This document shows positions 10,741 to 20,655 of a stretch of DNA of 64,000 nt, in pieces (the first letter of the stretch is position 1; each line of letters opens with the position of its first letter). The stretch comes from an uncultured Faecalibacterium sp. (GTDB lineage: Bacteria > Bacillota > Clostridia > Oscillospirales > Ruminococcaceae). The translations under genes were made by a program, and so were the position numbers. The notes beneath the pieces are model-generated. The model saw only the letters and a list, made by a program, of their open reading frames with translations, did no database searches and had not been told where the DNA came from. Where the stretch lies: contig CAKSWU010000010.1 of NCBI GenBank assembly GCA_934513205.1, positions 884 to 64,883 on the forward strand. The letters run 5' to 3'.

Positions 10741-11766
10741 TCAGGACTGGCAGGCAGTGATCAGGCTCATCTTGTAGACCTCGTCTGCGTTGCAGCCGCG
10801 GGACAGGTCGTTGATGGGAGCGTTCAGGCCCTGCAGGATGGGGCCGTAAGCGGCATAGCCGCCCAGACGCTGTGCGATCTTATAGCCGATGTTGCCGGCC
10901 TCGATGCAGGGGAAGATGAAGGTGTTGGCCTGGCCTGCCACCTTACTGCCCTTGCACTTGACCTGTGCCACCTCGGGAGCAACGGCTGCGTCAAACTGCA
11001 GCTCGCCGTCCACAGCCAGCTCGGGGTCCATCTCCTGAGCCTTGATGGTAGCGTCGTGGCTCAGGGCCACCGTGCCGCCCTTGCCGGAGCCCTTGGTGGA
11101 GAAGCTCAGCACAGCCACCTTCGGGTCGATGCCGAACAGCTTTGCGGTGCGGGCGGTCTCAACAGCCACCTCTGCCAGCTTGGAAGCGGCAGACACCTTG
11201 ACCTCGCCGGTAGCCTTGTCCACGGTATCGGTGTAGTCGATGTTCACGGCGCAGTCGCCCATGGCAATGCGCTTCAGGCCCTCTTCGCCGCAGTCGCGGT
11301 CCAGAATAAAGCAGGAGCTCACCAGATGTGCACCCTTCTTGGTCTTAACCAGCTGCAGAGCGGGACGGATGGTGTCGGCGGTGGAGTAGGTAGCGCCGCC
11401 CAGCAGACAGTCGGCCTTGCCCATCTTCACCAGCATGGTGCCGAAGTAGTTGGACTTCTTCAGCAGGGCGGTGCACTCCTCCGGGGACTGCTTGCCCTTA
11501 CGCAGCTCCACCATGGTGTTGACCATCTCATCGAAACCTGCATAGGTCTCAGGGTCGATGATCTCGGCAGCGGAAATATCAAAATTACCGGCGGCGGCAG
11601 CAGCCTTGCACTCTGCCTCGTTGCCCACCATGACGACCTTCAGCAAACCCTCGGCCAGCAGCTTGCTGGCTGCCTCCAGGATGCGGGGATCATTGCCCTC
11701 GGTGAAAACGATCGTCTTGGGATTTGCCTTCAGCTGTGCTACCAGCGGTGCAAACATATCAGCCAT
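10741..11766 (-). CDS. pta: Phosphate acetyltransferase
   Basis: 341 aa. MADMFAPLVAQLKANPKTIVFTEGNDPRILEAA.. is typical short-form Pta. GGAGG RBS. Confidence 0.95.
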   Translation of the reverse strand: MADMFAPLVAQLKANPKTIVFTEGNDPRILEAASKLLAEGLLKVVMVGNEAECKAAAAAGNFDISAAEIIDPETYAGFDEMVNTMVELRKGKQSPEECTALLKKSNYFGTMLVKMGKADCLLGGATYSTADTIRPALQLVKTKKGAHLVSSCFILDRDCGEEGLKRIAMGDCAVNIDYTDTVDKATGEVKVSAASKLAEVAVETARTAKLFGIDPKVAVLSFSTKGSGKGGTVALSHDATIKAQEMDPELAVDGELQFDAAVAPEVAQVKCKGSKVAGQANTFIFPCIEAGNIGYKIAQRLGGYAAYGPILQGLNAPINDLSRGCNADEVYKMSLITACQS

Positions 11767-11845
11767 TGTGATTACCTCCGAATGTATATTTCAATTCCAT
11801 CATTAGGCTCCTGTGCTGTTGGACACAAGGATGCCTTTCTCCCCT

Positions 11846-11873
11846 ATTCTAGCACACCCAGCAAAAAGTTCAA
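11846..11873 (-). promoter_or_regulatory. Sigma-A type promoter for pta
   Basis: Minus strand reads TTGAAC, 16 nt spacer, (TGc)TAGAAT, an extended -10. Confidence 0.5.
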
Positions 11874-11968
11874 GACAAAATTGTGTTTTAATGCTATAAT
11901 TTAAAAGAAAAGCAATTTCCGTTTTGTGAATTTATTATCATACTTTTTTTCAAGGAGATGGAACCATC

Positions 11969-12541
11969 ATGGATTGGGATACATTAAAAGCCGCCTGTCT
12001 TGCCTGCCAGAAGTGCGAGCTGTGTGCCGGGCGCACCAACGTGGTGTTCGGGCAGGGTGTGCAGGACGCCGAGGTGCTCTTTGTGGGCGAAGGCCCCGGC
12101 CAGAGCGAGGATGAGCAGGGCCTGCCCTTTGTGGGCCGCAGCGGGCAGCTGCTGGACCGGTACCTTTTTGCCATTGATCTGGACCGCAGTCAGAATTGCT
12201 ACATCGCCAACATCGTCAAATGCCGCCCGCCCCAGAACCGGGACCCGCTGCCCGCCGAAAGCAACGCCTGCATGCCGTGGCTGCGGGAGCAGTTCCGGCT
12301 TTTGCGGCCCCGTATCGTGGTATGCCTTGGGCGTATTGCCGCCCAGCGGATGATCCGTCCGGACTTTTCCGTGACCAAAGAGCACGGTCAGTTCTTTGAA
12401 AAGAACGGCATCCTGTTCATGGGCACCTTTCACCCCGCAGCCCTTCTGCGCCAGCCCCAGAACAAGCCCGCCGCCTTTGAGGATTTTGTTGCTCTGCGGG
12501 ACAGGATCGAAGCCGTGTGCGATCACACCTACCGGAAGTGA
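11969..12541 (+). CDS. Uracil-DNA glycosylase, family 4
   Basis: 190 aa. CQKCELC (Fe-S Cys cluster), the GEGPG motif and FVGRSGQLL. AAGGAGA RBS. Confidence 0.9.
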   Translation: MDWDTLKAACLACQKCELCAGRTNVVFGQGVQDAEVLFVGEGPGQSEDEQGLPFVGRSGQLLDRYLFAIDLDRSQNCYIANIVKCRPPQNRDPLPAESNACMPWLREQFRLLRPRIVVCLGRIAAQRMIRPDFSVTKEHGQFFEKNGILFMGTFHPAALLRQPQNKPAAFEDFVALRDRIEAVCDHTYRK

Positions 12542-13593
12542 TCTGCTGCCCGGCACAGCTCCCATGCCGTCAGACAGCACAGAAAAAACGCCGCAAGGGC
12601 GCAGTCGGCGGGCACGCGGCGCATCAGGATCACCCGCTGCGGCAAGGTGCTGAAGGTCTCTGCCGCCTGCCGGGGCAGCCCCAGCCAGAACAGTGCCAGT
12701 GACAGCGGCAGATGCACCGTCCGAGCTGCCAGCAGCCGCCGCAGTGAGACCTGCGGCGGGCAGAGGGTTCGTACCTGCAGCAGCACCGATGCTCCCTGCA
12801 CGCTGAGCGCGGCGCAGCACAGGCTGCTGGCCCAGACGCCGGTGCGGGACGCGCAGTCACAGCCGGAACACACCTCCAGCAGCATGGCAGGCAGTGCCGC
12901 CCATGCGCCGGGCAGAAAACGGCTGACCCCCGCCGCCAGCAGACGGAAATATAATATGAACCCGCAGAGCTTCAGGTAAGTCACCGCCGCCTGCGCGACC
13001 AGAACATCCAGCCCGGGGAGCGGTGTCGTCTCCTGCGGGCTTTTATGCGTCCCTGCGTGTCCGGGGTCTCCGGCCATCCGGTTCAGCAGCGCCGCCGAGA
13101 GCCAGCCCGCCACCACCTGCGCGGCAAACAGCTGCACCCCCAGTGCGCAGCTGCCCAGCAGCTGCCCGCCGACAGTCAGGATGACAAAGGACGGGCCGGA
13201 GCAGATGCAGGCCGGCAGAAGAGCCGCAGCTGCCCGCGTCGACAGCCGCCCGCTGCGCACGGCTGCCGATGCTGCGGACGCCGCCGGGGCAAACCCACCC
13301 ACAAAGCCCAGCAGCAGTACCCCGCCTGCGCTTTTGGCATCCATGCCCCGCAGCCCGATGCCGCGGGCTACCGGGCGGAAAACAACGCCAAGCGTCTCCC
13401 CTGCCCCGCTGCAGGCCAGCAGCGATGAAACCAGTAAAAACGGGTACAGTGACACCAGCAGCGGTCCGCCGCAGAGGGCAAGCCCCTGCCGCAGGCTGTC
13501 GGCACACAGTCCCGGCTCTGCGAACACCAGCACTGCCGTGGCAAGTGCCAGCACCCGGTATGACATTGCACAGATCTTCCGGTTCCGATTCAT
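12529..13593 (-). CDS. ylbJ: YlbJ-like sporulation integral membrane protein (nucleoside-recognition domain family)
   Basis: ORF 12529..13665. Polytopic membrane protein, MNRNRKICAMSYRVLALATAVLVFAEPGLCADSLRQGLALCGGPLLVSLYPFLLVS... ATG 13593 follows GGAGGG. Its 3' end overlaps the convergent UDG gene by 13 nt. Confidence 0.7.
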   Translation of the reverse strand: MNRNRKICAMSYRVLALATAVLVFAEPGLCADSLRQGLALCGGPLLVSLYPFLLVSSLLACSGAGETLGVVFRPVARGIGLRGMDAKSAGGVLLLGFVGGFAPAASAASAAVRSGRLSTRAAAALLPACICSGPSFVILTVGGQLLGSCALGVQLFAAQVVAGWLSAALLNRMAGDPGHAGTHKSPQETTPLPGLDVLVAQAAVTYLKLCGFILYFRLLAAGVSRFLPGAWAALPAMLLEVCSGCDCASRTGVWASSLCCAALSVQGASVLLQVRTLCPPQVSLRRLLAARTVHLPLSLALFWLGLPRQAAETFSTLPQRVILMRRVPADCALAAFFLCCLTAWELCRAADHFR

Positions 13594-13666
13594 AAGCGCA
13601 CCCTCCACATCCATATATATGTAGCAGCCTGCCGTGGACATCACAGCGGGCCGGGAGGGGACCAAG

Positions 13667-13963
13667 ATGCCAAAGATCCGCCGCAGGCGTTCCTCGGTGC
13701 GGGACTGGCTGGCCGCGCTGTTTCGTCAGCCGTCCCGGACAGCCTACCGCATGCCTGCCATTTATCAGAGCGGCGGACGAATGGAGATCGAGCACTTCCG
13801 TGCAGTCCTGACCTATGACGGAGACCGGCTGTGCCTGCAAATGCCCCGGGGGCGGCTGACCATCTACGGCGATGGACTGAAGATCCTTACCCTGACCGCC
13901 ACCCGCCTGACCCTCTGCGGCAGGGTCCTGCGCACAGACTTTTCGGACGAACAGGAGGCGTGA
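13667..13963 (+). CDS. yqfC: YabP/YqfC-family sporulation protein
   Basis: ORF 13634..13963. A small beta-rich protein (..EIEHFRAVLTYDGDRLCLQMPRGRLTIYGDGLKILTLTATRLTLCGRV..). ATG 13667 follows GGGAGGGG. It lies directly upstream of yqfD, as in Bacilli and Clostridia. Confidence 0.75.
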   Translation: MPKIRRRRSSVRDWLAALFRQPSRTAYRMPAIYQSGGRMEIEHFRAVLTYDGDRLCLQMPRGRLTIYGDGLKILTLTATRLTLCGRVLRTDFSDEQEA

Positions 13964-15106
13964 ATGGAACCGCTACGGCTCTGGGCTGCGGTGGAATTCA
14001 CTGCACACAACGGCAGCACCGCAGCCCTGCTCACCGCCGCCGCGCAGGCGGGGCTGCACCCCTACGGCGTCACTGCCCTGCCCGGCGGCTTCCGCGCCCA
14101 CTGCGCCCCATGGCAGTACCGCCGCTATGCAGCGCTGGCCCGGAAATACCGCGTCCGGCTGCGGATCTGCAAACGACAAGGGGCTTTTTTCCGGGTCCGT
14201 TCTCTGCTGCGGCGCACGGGGCTCTGGGCAGGGCTGGCGGTCTTCGTGCCGCTGCTGCTGTGGAGCCAGCAGTTCGTCTGGGCGGTGGACGATTCTTCCC
14301 TCACCGTGGGACAGGCCGCCCGGGCAGCTGCCACCCTGCGGGAGGCCGGCCTGCAGCCCGGTGCCTCCGTGACCGGAGAAAAACTTGCCGCCGGAGAGTA
14401 TGCCCTGCTGCGCAGCGGCGAGTTTTCATGGTCCAGCCTGAACTTTGCCTGCGGGCGGCTGAAGGTAGAGCTTGCTGCCGCTGCCCCAAAGCCCGACATT
14501 GCCGCCGGGAGCCTTCGCGGCATCCGCGCAAAATGCAGCGGCACTGTGATGGAGGCAGAGCTTGCCAGCGGTACCATGCTGGTGGTGCCCGGGCAGGATG
14601 TGGAAGCCGGGCAGGGATTGATCGGCACTGCCCGCAGCCGCCGGGACGGCACCCTCATCTTTGCCCCTGCTGCCGGGATCGTCCGGGCGCAATTTGAATG
14701 GAGCGACAGCCAGACCGTCCCGCTGCGGGAGGTCGTTTTGCAAAACACTGGACGTTCTACCGCAGAATATCAGCTGACTGTGCTGGGCCGCACCCTCACA
14801 CTCCCCGCGCAGCCGCATGGGGAGAATGCCGAGGTCCGAACCCGGCATTTCCAGCCGGAGACCCCGCTGTCGGGGCTTTTTTGGCCTTGTTCGGTGCAGG
14901 AGACCCGGCACTATGAGCAGATGCCGACCTCCTTACTCCGCACCGAAGAGCAGGCCGCCGCACTGGCCCGGCTGCGCAGCCTGCAGGCACTGCGCGCCGC
15001 ATGGCCCGATGCTCAGCTGCTTGCCCGGCAGGAAAGCTGTGCCGTCTGCGGCGAGCAGTTTGCCTATGACGCCACCTATACCATCGTTGCCGACATCTGC
15101 GAATAA
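13964..15106 (+). CDS. yqfD: YqfD-like sporulation protein
   Basis: 380 aa. The ATG abuts the yqfC stop (TGAATG). One central TM helix and the YqfD-like layout; conserved yqfC-yqfD gene pair. Confidence 0.75.
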   Translation: MEPLRLWAAVEFTAHNGSTAALLTAAAQAGLHPYGVTALPGGFRAHCAPWQYRRYAALARKYRVRLRICKRQGAFFRVRSLLRRTGLWAGLAVFVPLLLWSQQFVWAVDDSSLTVGQAARAAATLREAGLQPGASVTGEKLAAGEYALLRSGEFSWSSLNFACGRLKVELAAAAPKPDIAAGSLRGIRAKCSGTVMEAELASGTMLVVPGQDVEAGQGLIGTARSRRDGTLIFAPAAGIVRAQFEWSDSQTVPLREVVLQNTGRSTAEYQLTVLGRTLTLPAQPHGENAEVRTRHFQPETPLSGLFWPCSVQETRHYEQMPTSLLRTEEQAAALARLRSLQALRAAWPDAQLLARQESCAVCGEQFAYDATYTIVADICE

Positions 15107-15147
15107 AAAGCAGCTGCTGCACAAAATCCTGTGCAGCAGCTGCTTTT
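15107..15147. terminator. Bidirectional rho-independent terminator
   Basis: AAAAGCAGCTGCTGCAC-aaaatcct-GTGCAGCAGCTGCTTTT lies between convergent yqfD and hslO. Confidence 0.85.
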
Positions 15148-15153
15148 CTGCGT

Positions 15154-16068
15154 TTAGACGTTTGTTTTCTCGGTTTCCATTTTCTGTGCGGCCTGCGCGT
15201 CATACTCGGCGATCAGGTCGTTCAGGTCGTACTGGTACTTGCTGTGGCAGAAATGGCACACCACCTCGCAGTTTGGGTCCTCGTCCCGCATCCGGACCAG
15301 CTCCTTGCGGCCCAGACTCAGCAGGACTTCCTTGGTGCGCTCGGCACTGCAGTCACACTGATACTGCACCTCGCGCTCATCCAGAACATTGGGGTCAAAA
15401 CCCGCCAGCGCCATCTGCATCATGTCCTCGGGGGTCTTACCGGCATGGAGCAGCGTGGTGACCGAGGGCATGGCGTTGATGTTCTTTTCCAGCTGGTCGA
15501 TCTCGGCATCGGTGGCACCAGGCAGCAGCTGCACCATAAAGCCGCCGGCGCAGAGGATGGACAAGTCCTTGTCCACCAGCACGCCCAGCGCCATGACAGT
15601 GGGCACCTGTTCGCTGTAAGCGTAGTAGCTGGTCAGATCCTCGGCGATCTCGCCGGACACCAGCGGCACCTGCCCGACCGTGGGCTCCTTTTGCAGGCGG
15701 TTGTCCCGGATGACGGTCAGCACACCGTCCTTGCCCACGGCACCGCCCACGTCCAGATGTCCGTTCTCCTTTGCGGGCAGCTCCACCAGCGGGTTGTCAA
15801 TGCAGCCCTTCACGTTGCCGGTGCCATCGGTGCAGGCAATGACCACGCCGGCAGGACCGCCGCCCGCAACCCGCAGGGTGATCTTGTCCTGATCGTCCTT
15901 CAGCATGGAGCCCATCAGGGTCGCGCCGGTGAGCAGACGGCCCAGAGCTGCACTGCAGGTGGCACTGGTGGTGTGGATCTTTTCGGCCTTGCGGACGATC
16001 TGGGTAGAGTCCACGCCGCAGAACACGACACCGCCGTTTTCCGACAGGCCGCGGATCAGATTTGCCAT
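15154..16068 (-). CDS. hslO: Redox-regulated chaperone Hsp33
   Basis: 304 aa. C-terminal zinc centre CDCS...CHFC, with N-terminal MANLIRGLSENGGVVFCGVDST. Confidence 0.95.
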   Translation of the reverse strand: MANLIRGLSENGGVVFCGVDSTQIVRKAEKIHTTSATCSAALGRLLTGATLMGSMLKDDQDKITLRVAGGGPAGVVIACTDGTGNVKGCIDNPLVELPAKENGHLDVGGAVGKDGVLTVIRDNRLQKEPTVGQVPLVSGEIAEDLTSYYAYSEQVPTVMALGVLVDKDLSILCAGGFMVQLLPGATDAEIDQLEKNINAMPSVTTLLHAGKTPEDMMQMALAGFDPNVLDEREVQYQCDCSAERTKEVLLSLGRKELVRMRDEDPNCEVVCHFCHSKYQYDLNDLIAEYDAQAAQKMETEKTNV

Positions 16069-16072
16069 AGGT

Positions 16073-16822
16073 TTATCCCTCCAATTGTGTATACTGCTTG
16101 ACTGCGCAGAAGAAATAGCGCTGACTCTCGGTCGTCAGGGGACCGAACGTCTCGCCATCGCAGACGCTTTCCAGCACAAAACCGTGTTTTTCCAGCGTGG
16201 TGCGGATGGTGTCAAAGTCATAGGTGTACTCGCAGAACTCCTCGTGGAAGTGTTCGTCTGTCTCGTGATAGTCGATGTCCACCGTGATCTCCACCTTGCG
16301 GTCGGCGGCGTTATAGTGGTTGCGCCACACACAGGCGGCGTCCTCTTCCTCAAAGGTGAACGCGTTGTCGCCCAGAACGTTCTGGTGCTTATAGGGGGTG
16401 TTCATATCAAAGAGGAACACGCCGCCTTTTTCCATGAAGAAGCCTGCGTTGGCAATGGCCGTATCCAGATCCGGGATATGGTTGAACGTGTCAAAAGTAG
16501 ACACTGCGCCCCGGACGGTGCCGTACAGGTCCAGCTTGAGCAGGTCCTGCCGCAGCAGCAGCAAACGACCCGAAAGCCCCAGCTGTTCGGCCTTATCCCG
16601 CACCACGCAGAGCATCTCCTCCGACTGGTCGATGCCGATCATATCATAGCCTGCCTGTGTCAACATCAGGGTCAGTTCCCCGGTGCCGCAGCCCAGGTCT
16701 GCCAGAATGCCGTCCCGGATGCCGTGGGCTTCCAGCTTTTCGCGGATGTGCGCATAGAGGGCATCGTAGTCCGCTTCGCCGTTGAATTCATCGTAAAAGT
16801 AGGCAAATTCATTGTAAGCCAT
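16073..16822 (-). CDS. Class I SAM-dependent methyltransferase
   Basis: 249 aa. Motif I ILADLGCGTGELT, 4 nt from both neighbouring genes (operon). Confidence 0.85.
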   Translation of the reverse strand: MAYNEFAYFYDEFNGEADYDALYAHIREKLEAHGIRDGILADLGCGTGELTLMLTQAGYDMIGIDQSEEMLCVVRDKAEQLGLSGRLLLLRQDLLKLDLYGTVRGAVSTFDTFNHIPDLDTAIANAGFFMEKGGVFLFDMNTPYKHQNVLGDNAFTFEEEDAACVWRNHYNAADRKVEITVDIDYHETDEHFHEEFCEYTYDFDTIRTTLEKHGFVLESVCDGETFGPLTTESQRYFFCAVKQYTQLEG

Positions 16823-16826
16823 GGCG

Positions 16827-17429
16827 TCACTCCGCTTCCTCGTTTTCCGCAGCCACCGCGGCGTTCAGCACCGCCTGCAGCTCCGGCACGCCGTAGCCGT
16901 TCTCGCCGCTGGTCAGCACCACCTTCTGGCAGCCGTAGGGTCGGCAGATATTCTCGAACTCTTCCTGCGTTTTGGCAAGCTGGCTCTTTTTCAGCTTGTC
17001 CGCCTTGGTCAGTGCCACCACATAGGGGATGCGGTGATAGTGCAGGTAGCGCAGCATCTGCAGGTCATCGGCGCTGGGGGCGTGGCGGCAGTCCAGCAGC
17101 TGCACCAGCAGAGTGTGGTGACGGGGCGCATCAAAGTAACTGTTGATCAGATCGTCCCAGCGCTCCCGGTCGGCGTTACTCACCTTGGCATAGCCATAGC
17201 CCGGCAGGTCTACAAAATAGCAGTCGTCCACCGAGTAGAAATTGATGGTCGCCGTCTTGCCCGGTGTGCTGGACACGCGGGCAAGGTTTTTGCGGTTGCA
17301 CAGCTTGTTGATGAGGCTGGACTTGCCCACATTGGACCGCCCCGAAAAGCTCAGTTCCGGGCGGCCGCTCTCGGGCAGCTGGCTGGAGATGCCATAACTG
17401 GCAATAAAATCAGCTTTGTTGAAGTTCAT
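16827..17429 (-). CDS. engB: Ribosome biogenesis GTP-binding protein YsxC/EngB
   Basis: 200 aa. G1 GRSNVGKSS, G3 DLPGYG, G4 TKADK. Conserved lon-engB linkage. Confidence 0.93.
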   Translation of the reverse strand: MNFNKADFIASYGISSQLPESGRPELSFSGRSNVGKSSLINKLCNRKNLARVSSTPGKTATINFYSVDDCYFVDLPGYGYAKVSNADRERWDDLINSYFDAPRHHTLLVQLLDCRHAPSADDLQMLRYLHYHRIPYVVALTKADKLKKSQLAKTQEEFENICRPYGCQKVVLTSGENGYGVPELQAVLNAAVAAENEEAE

Positions 17430-17496
17430 AGCGCTTCCCTTTCTATCAAAAAGTGGACTGTGAGGATCCGATCCGCGTGCTCACCCCACGACGCTC

Positions 17497-19956
17497 TCAG
17501 CACACCGCACCGGTCTTGGGCTTGTCTGCGGCGGGCGGCGCAATGGCAGCCTCCGCAGCCTTTTTCTTGGCGTGCGTGCGGCTGGGCGCCTTGCTCTTGC
17601 CCTGCGTTCTGGGCTTGAGCAGCGCGGCATTCAGCACCTGCGTCAGATCCTGCATGGGCAGGAAGGTCAGGCTCTTCTTGACCTCCTCGTCCACATCGTA
17701 GAGGTCCGGCACGTTGTCCTTGGGGATGAGCACAGTCTTCATGCCCTCGCGGTAGGCAGCCATGCTCTTTTCCCGCAGGCCGCCGATGGGCAGCACATTG
17801 CCGTGCAGGGTGATCTCGCCGGTCATTGCCACATCGCCGCGCACCGGAATGCCGGACAGGCAGGATACCAGCGCCGTGGTCAGGGTGACACCTGCACTGG
17901 GGCCATCCTTGGGCACCGCGCCCTCGGGAGCATGGATGTGCAGATCACACTTTTTGAGCTTTTCCGGGTCGATGCCGTATTCCCCGGCATGCACCCGTAC
18001 CCAGGTGACGGCCAGTTGTGCGCTTTCCTTCATCACATCGCCCAGCGAACCGGTGACTGTGATCTTGCCGGTGCCGTTGTCCATGACCTGCACCTCGATG
18101 GGCAGGGTCTCGCCGCCTACGCTGGTCCACGCCAGACCGTTGGCGATGCCCACAGCGTTGGTGCGGTTGAGGAAGTCCGGCTTGACAAAGCGGGGTCCCA
18201 GCAGCTCTTCCAGCATGGAGCCGGTGACGGACACGCTTTCCACTTCGCCGGAAGCGATCTTGCGGGCGCACTTGCGCAGCACACTGGTGATGGTGCGCTC
18301 CAGATTGCGCACGCCGGCCTCACGGGTGTAGCCGTCGATGATGCCGTACAATGCGCTCTGGCTCAGGGTGACTTTGCCGGTCAAACCGCAGGCCTTGAGC
18401 TGCTTGGGCAGCAGATGCTTGCGGGCAATGTTGTATTTTTCCACCCGGGTATAGCTGGGCAGCTCGATGACGTCCATGCGGTCCCGCAGCGGACCGGGGA
18501 TGCTGCCCAGATCGTTGGCGGTGGTGATGAACAGCACATGGCTCAGGTCATAGGGCAGATCAATGAAATGGTCGTTGAAGGTGCTGTTCTGCTCCGGGTC
18601 CAGCGCCTCCAGCAGAGCCGCCGCCGGGTCGCCCCGGAAGTCTCCTGCCAGCTTGTCGATCTCGTCCAGCAGCAGCAACGGGTTGGAGCTTTTTGCGCTG
18701 ATGACCGCATTGATGATCTTGCCGGGCATGGCGCCGATGTAGGTGCGGCGGTGGCCCCGGATCTCGGCCTCGTCCCGCACACCGCCCAGACTGATGCGCA
18801 CATACTTGCGGCCAAGACTTTCCGCGATGGAACGTGCAATGCTGGTCTTGCCCACGCCCGGAGGGCCGACCAGACAGATGATCTGCGCCTTCACATCCGG
18901 TGCCAGCTTGCGCACAGCCAGCGTTTCCAGAATGCGGTCCTTGACCTTTTTCAGGCCATAGTGGTCCCGGTCCAGGATCTGCTGAGCGCGGTTGATGTCC
19001 AGATCGTCCACCGTGAAGGTGTTCCACGGCAGATCCAGACAGGTGTCCAGATAGGTGCGGATGACCGTAGCTTCCTGATTGCTGCTCTGCATCCGGGCCA
19101 GACGGTCTACCTCTTTCAGCAGCTTTTTCTCGCTGTCCTCGGCAAGGTGCAGTTCCCGGATCTTGCGGCGATATTCATCCGCTTCGGCGTGGGTGTCATC
19201 GCTCTCTCCCAGTTCATCGTTGATGATGTGCAGCTGCTCGTGCAGGTAGTAATCGCGCTGGTTCTTGTCCATGGACTCGTTGACCTTTTCCGCGATCTCT
19301 TTTTCGATCTGCATCACCTGACACTCCCGGTGCAGCATCTCGATCAGTTTTTTCAGCCGTCCATTCAACGTGCCTTCGTCCATGACGGCCTGCTTGTCCT
19401 CATAGCGGAACAGCAGGTTCGCCGGCATATACTCGGTGAGGAACGCCGGATCATCGCTGGAAACGATGGAGAACACCACGTCCTTGGCAAGGCGGGGGTT
19501 CATGCCCAGATACTCGTCAAAGCTGCTCTTCAGCGCACGCAACAGCGCTTCGTTCTCCACGGCGTCCTCGGCCTTTCCGGGGCGCACCGGAGCCGGGCGG
19601 ACCTCCGACAGCAGAAACTCGCCTCCGACATCCAGTGTCGTCAGCTTGGCGCGGTATTTGCCCTCTACAAGGACCTTGACAAGGTCATCGGACACCCGCA
19701 GCACCTGCTTGACCTCGGCTACTACGCCGTAGGCAAACAGATCTGCCTGCTGAGGATCCGCAGTCTCCATGGATCTCTGGGCTACCAGAAACACATTGGA
19801 GTTGTTCGCCATGGCCCACTCCACGGCGGCAATGCTCTTTTCGCGGCCCACCTCAAAGTGGACCAGATTGTTGGGGAACACCACAAGGCCCCGCAGGGCG
19901 ATGGTGGGCAGATGCAGCGTCTTGCGCTCCACCTTGATGGTAACTTTTTCACTCAT
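17497..19956 (-). CDS. lon: ATP-dependent Lon protease (LonA)
   Basis: ORF 17497..20013. LON N-domain, AAA+ Walker [10 protein letters not shown], and the protease catalytic site [13 protein letters not shown] 19956 follows GGGAGG. Confidence 0.96.
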   Translation of the reverse strand: MSEKVTIKVERKTLHLPTIALRGLVVFPNNLVHFEVGREKSIAAVEWAMANNSNVFLVAQRSMETADPQQADLFAYGVVAEVKQVLRVSDDLVKVLVEGKYRAKLTTLDVGGEFLLSEVRPAPVRPGKAEDAVENEALLRALKSSFDEYLGMNPRLAKDVVFSIVSSDDPAFLTEYMPANLLFRYEDKQAVMDEGTLNGRLKKLIEMLHRECQVMQIEKEIAEKVNESMDKNQRDYYLHEQLHIINDELGESDDTHAEADEYRRKIRELHLAEDSEKKLLKEVDRLARMQSSNQEATVIRTYLDTCLDLPWNTFTVDDLDINRAQQILDRDHYGLKKVKDRILETLAVRKLAPDVKAQIICLVGPPGVGKTSIARSIAESLGRKYVRISLGGVRDEAEIRGHRRTYIGAMPGKIINAVISAKSSNPLLLLDEIDKLAGDFRGDPAAALLEALDPEQNSTFNDHFIDLPYDLSHVLFITTANDLGSIPGPLRDRMDVIELPSYTRVEKYNIARKHLLPKQLKACGLTGKVTLSQSALYGIIDGYTREAGVRNLERTITSVLRKCARKIASGEVESVSVTGSMLEELLGPRFVKPDFLNRTNAVGIANGLAWTSVGGETLPIEVQVMDNGTGKITVTGSLGDVMKESAQLAVTWVRVHAGEYGIDPEKLKKCDLHIHAPEGAVPKDGPSAGVTLTTALVSCLSGIPVRGDVAMTGEITLHGNVLPIGGLREKSMAAYREGMKTVLIPKDNVPDLYDVDEEVKKSLTFLPMQDLTQVLNAALLKPRTQGKSKAPSRTHAKKKAAEAAIAPPAADKPKTGAVC

Positions 19957-20045
19957 TGTGCAAACACCTCCCGGCTGCCGCGTACTTTCCCACGGCGGCA
20001 GCTCAGCATGCAAGAAATTCTATCTTTATAGTAGGTTATTTCCTT

Positions 20046-20073
20046 ATTATACCGATTTCCAGCCAAAATGCAA
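20046..20073 (-). promoter_or_regulatory. Sigma-A type promoter for the lon operon
   Basis: Minus strand reads TTGCAT, 16 nt spacer, TATAAT. A GCTGCCGC..GCGGCAGC hairpin follows in the 5' UTR. Confidence 0.5.
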
Positions 20074-20094
20074 CTGTCCGGCCGGAATGGTCGG

Positions 20095-20640
20095 TCAATC
20101 GGGGCGGTTTTCGTGGGTGTCAAACCCCATTTTGCCCAGTGCCGGCAGGATGGCACGCAGGGTGACCGAAGTCAGGGCACCCATTACAAGACCCATCACC
20201 AGCATGACCGGCGCATAGTACAGCGACAGGGACGAAGAGATGATGACCCCCGCGCCCAGCAGCTGCCCGATGTTGTGCGCCAGCGCACCACAGACCGACA
20301 AAATGAACCATGTGGGCCGCACCGGCAAAAGATAGTACAGCACCCACATCACCGCAAGGGACAGCAGTCCTCCGCACAGCGAGAGGAAGCCCGCCGTGAA
20401 GCCGGACACCAGAAAGACGAACAATGCCTTGAGCACGTCCAGCACAAGCGCCTGCCGCGGTCCCATGAAGAACAGCGCATACATCACCACGATGTTGGCA
20501 AGGCCCAGTTTCATGCCCGGCAAAAGACCCGGGATGACCAGCGTGCCCTCGATAAAGGAAAGCGCCATGGCCAGCGCAAACAGCAGACCGGACAGGGCGA
20601 TGTGCCGTGTTTTTTGATAGTTGCGGTGACTTTTAGGCAT
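20095..20640 (-). CDS. Gx transporter family / heptaprenyl diphosphate synthase component I-like membrane protein
   Basis: 181 aa with 5 TM helices, ..LSGLLFALAMALSFIEG..LGLANIVVMYALF... AAAGGAG RBS. Confidence 0.7.
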   Translation of the reverse strand: MPKSHRNYQKTRHIALSGLLFALAMALSFIEGTLVIPGLLPGMKLGLANIVVMYALFFMGPRQALVLDVLKALFVFLVSGFTAGFLSLCGGLLSLAVMWVLYYLLPVRPTWFILSVCGALAHNIGQLLGAGVIISSSLSLYYAPVMLVMGLVMGALTSVTLRAILPALGKMGFDTHENRPD

Positions 20641-20655
20641 AGAGGATACGCTCCT

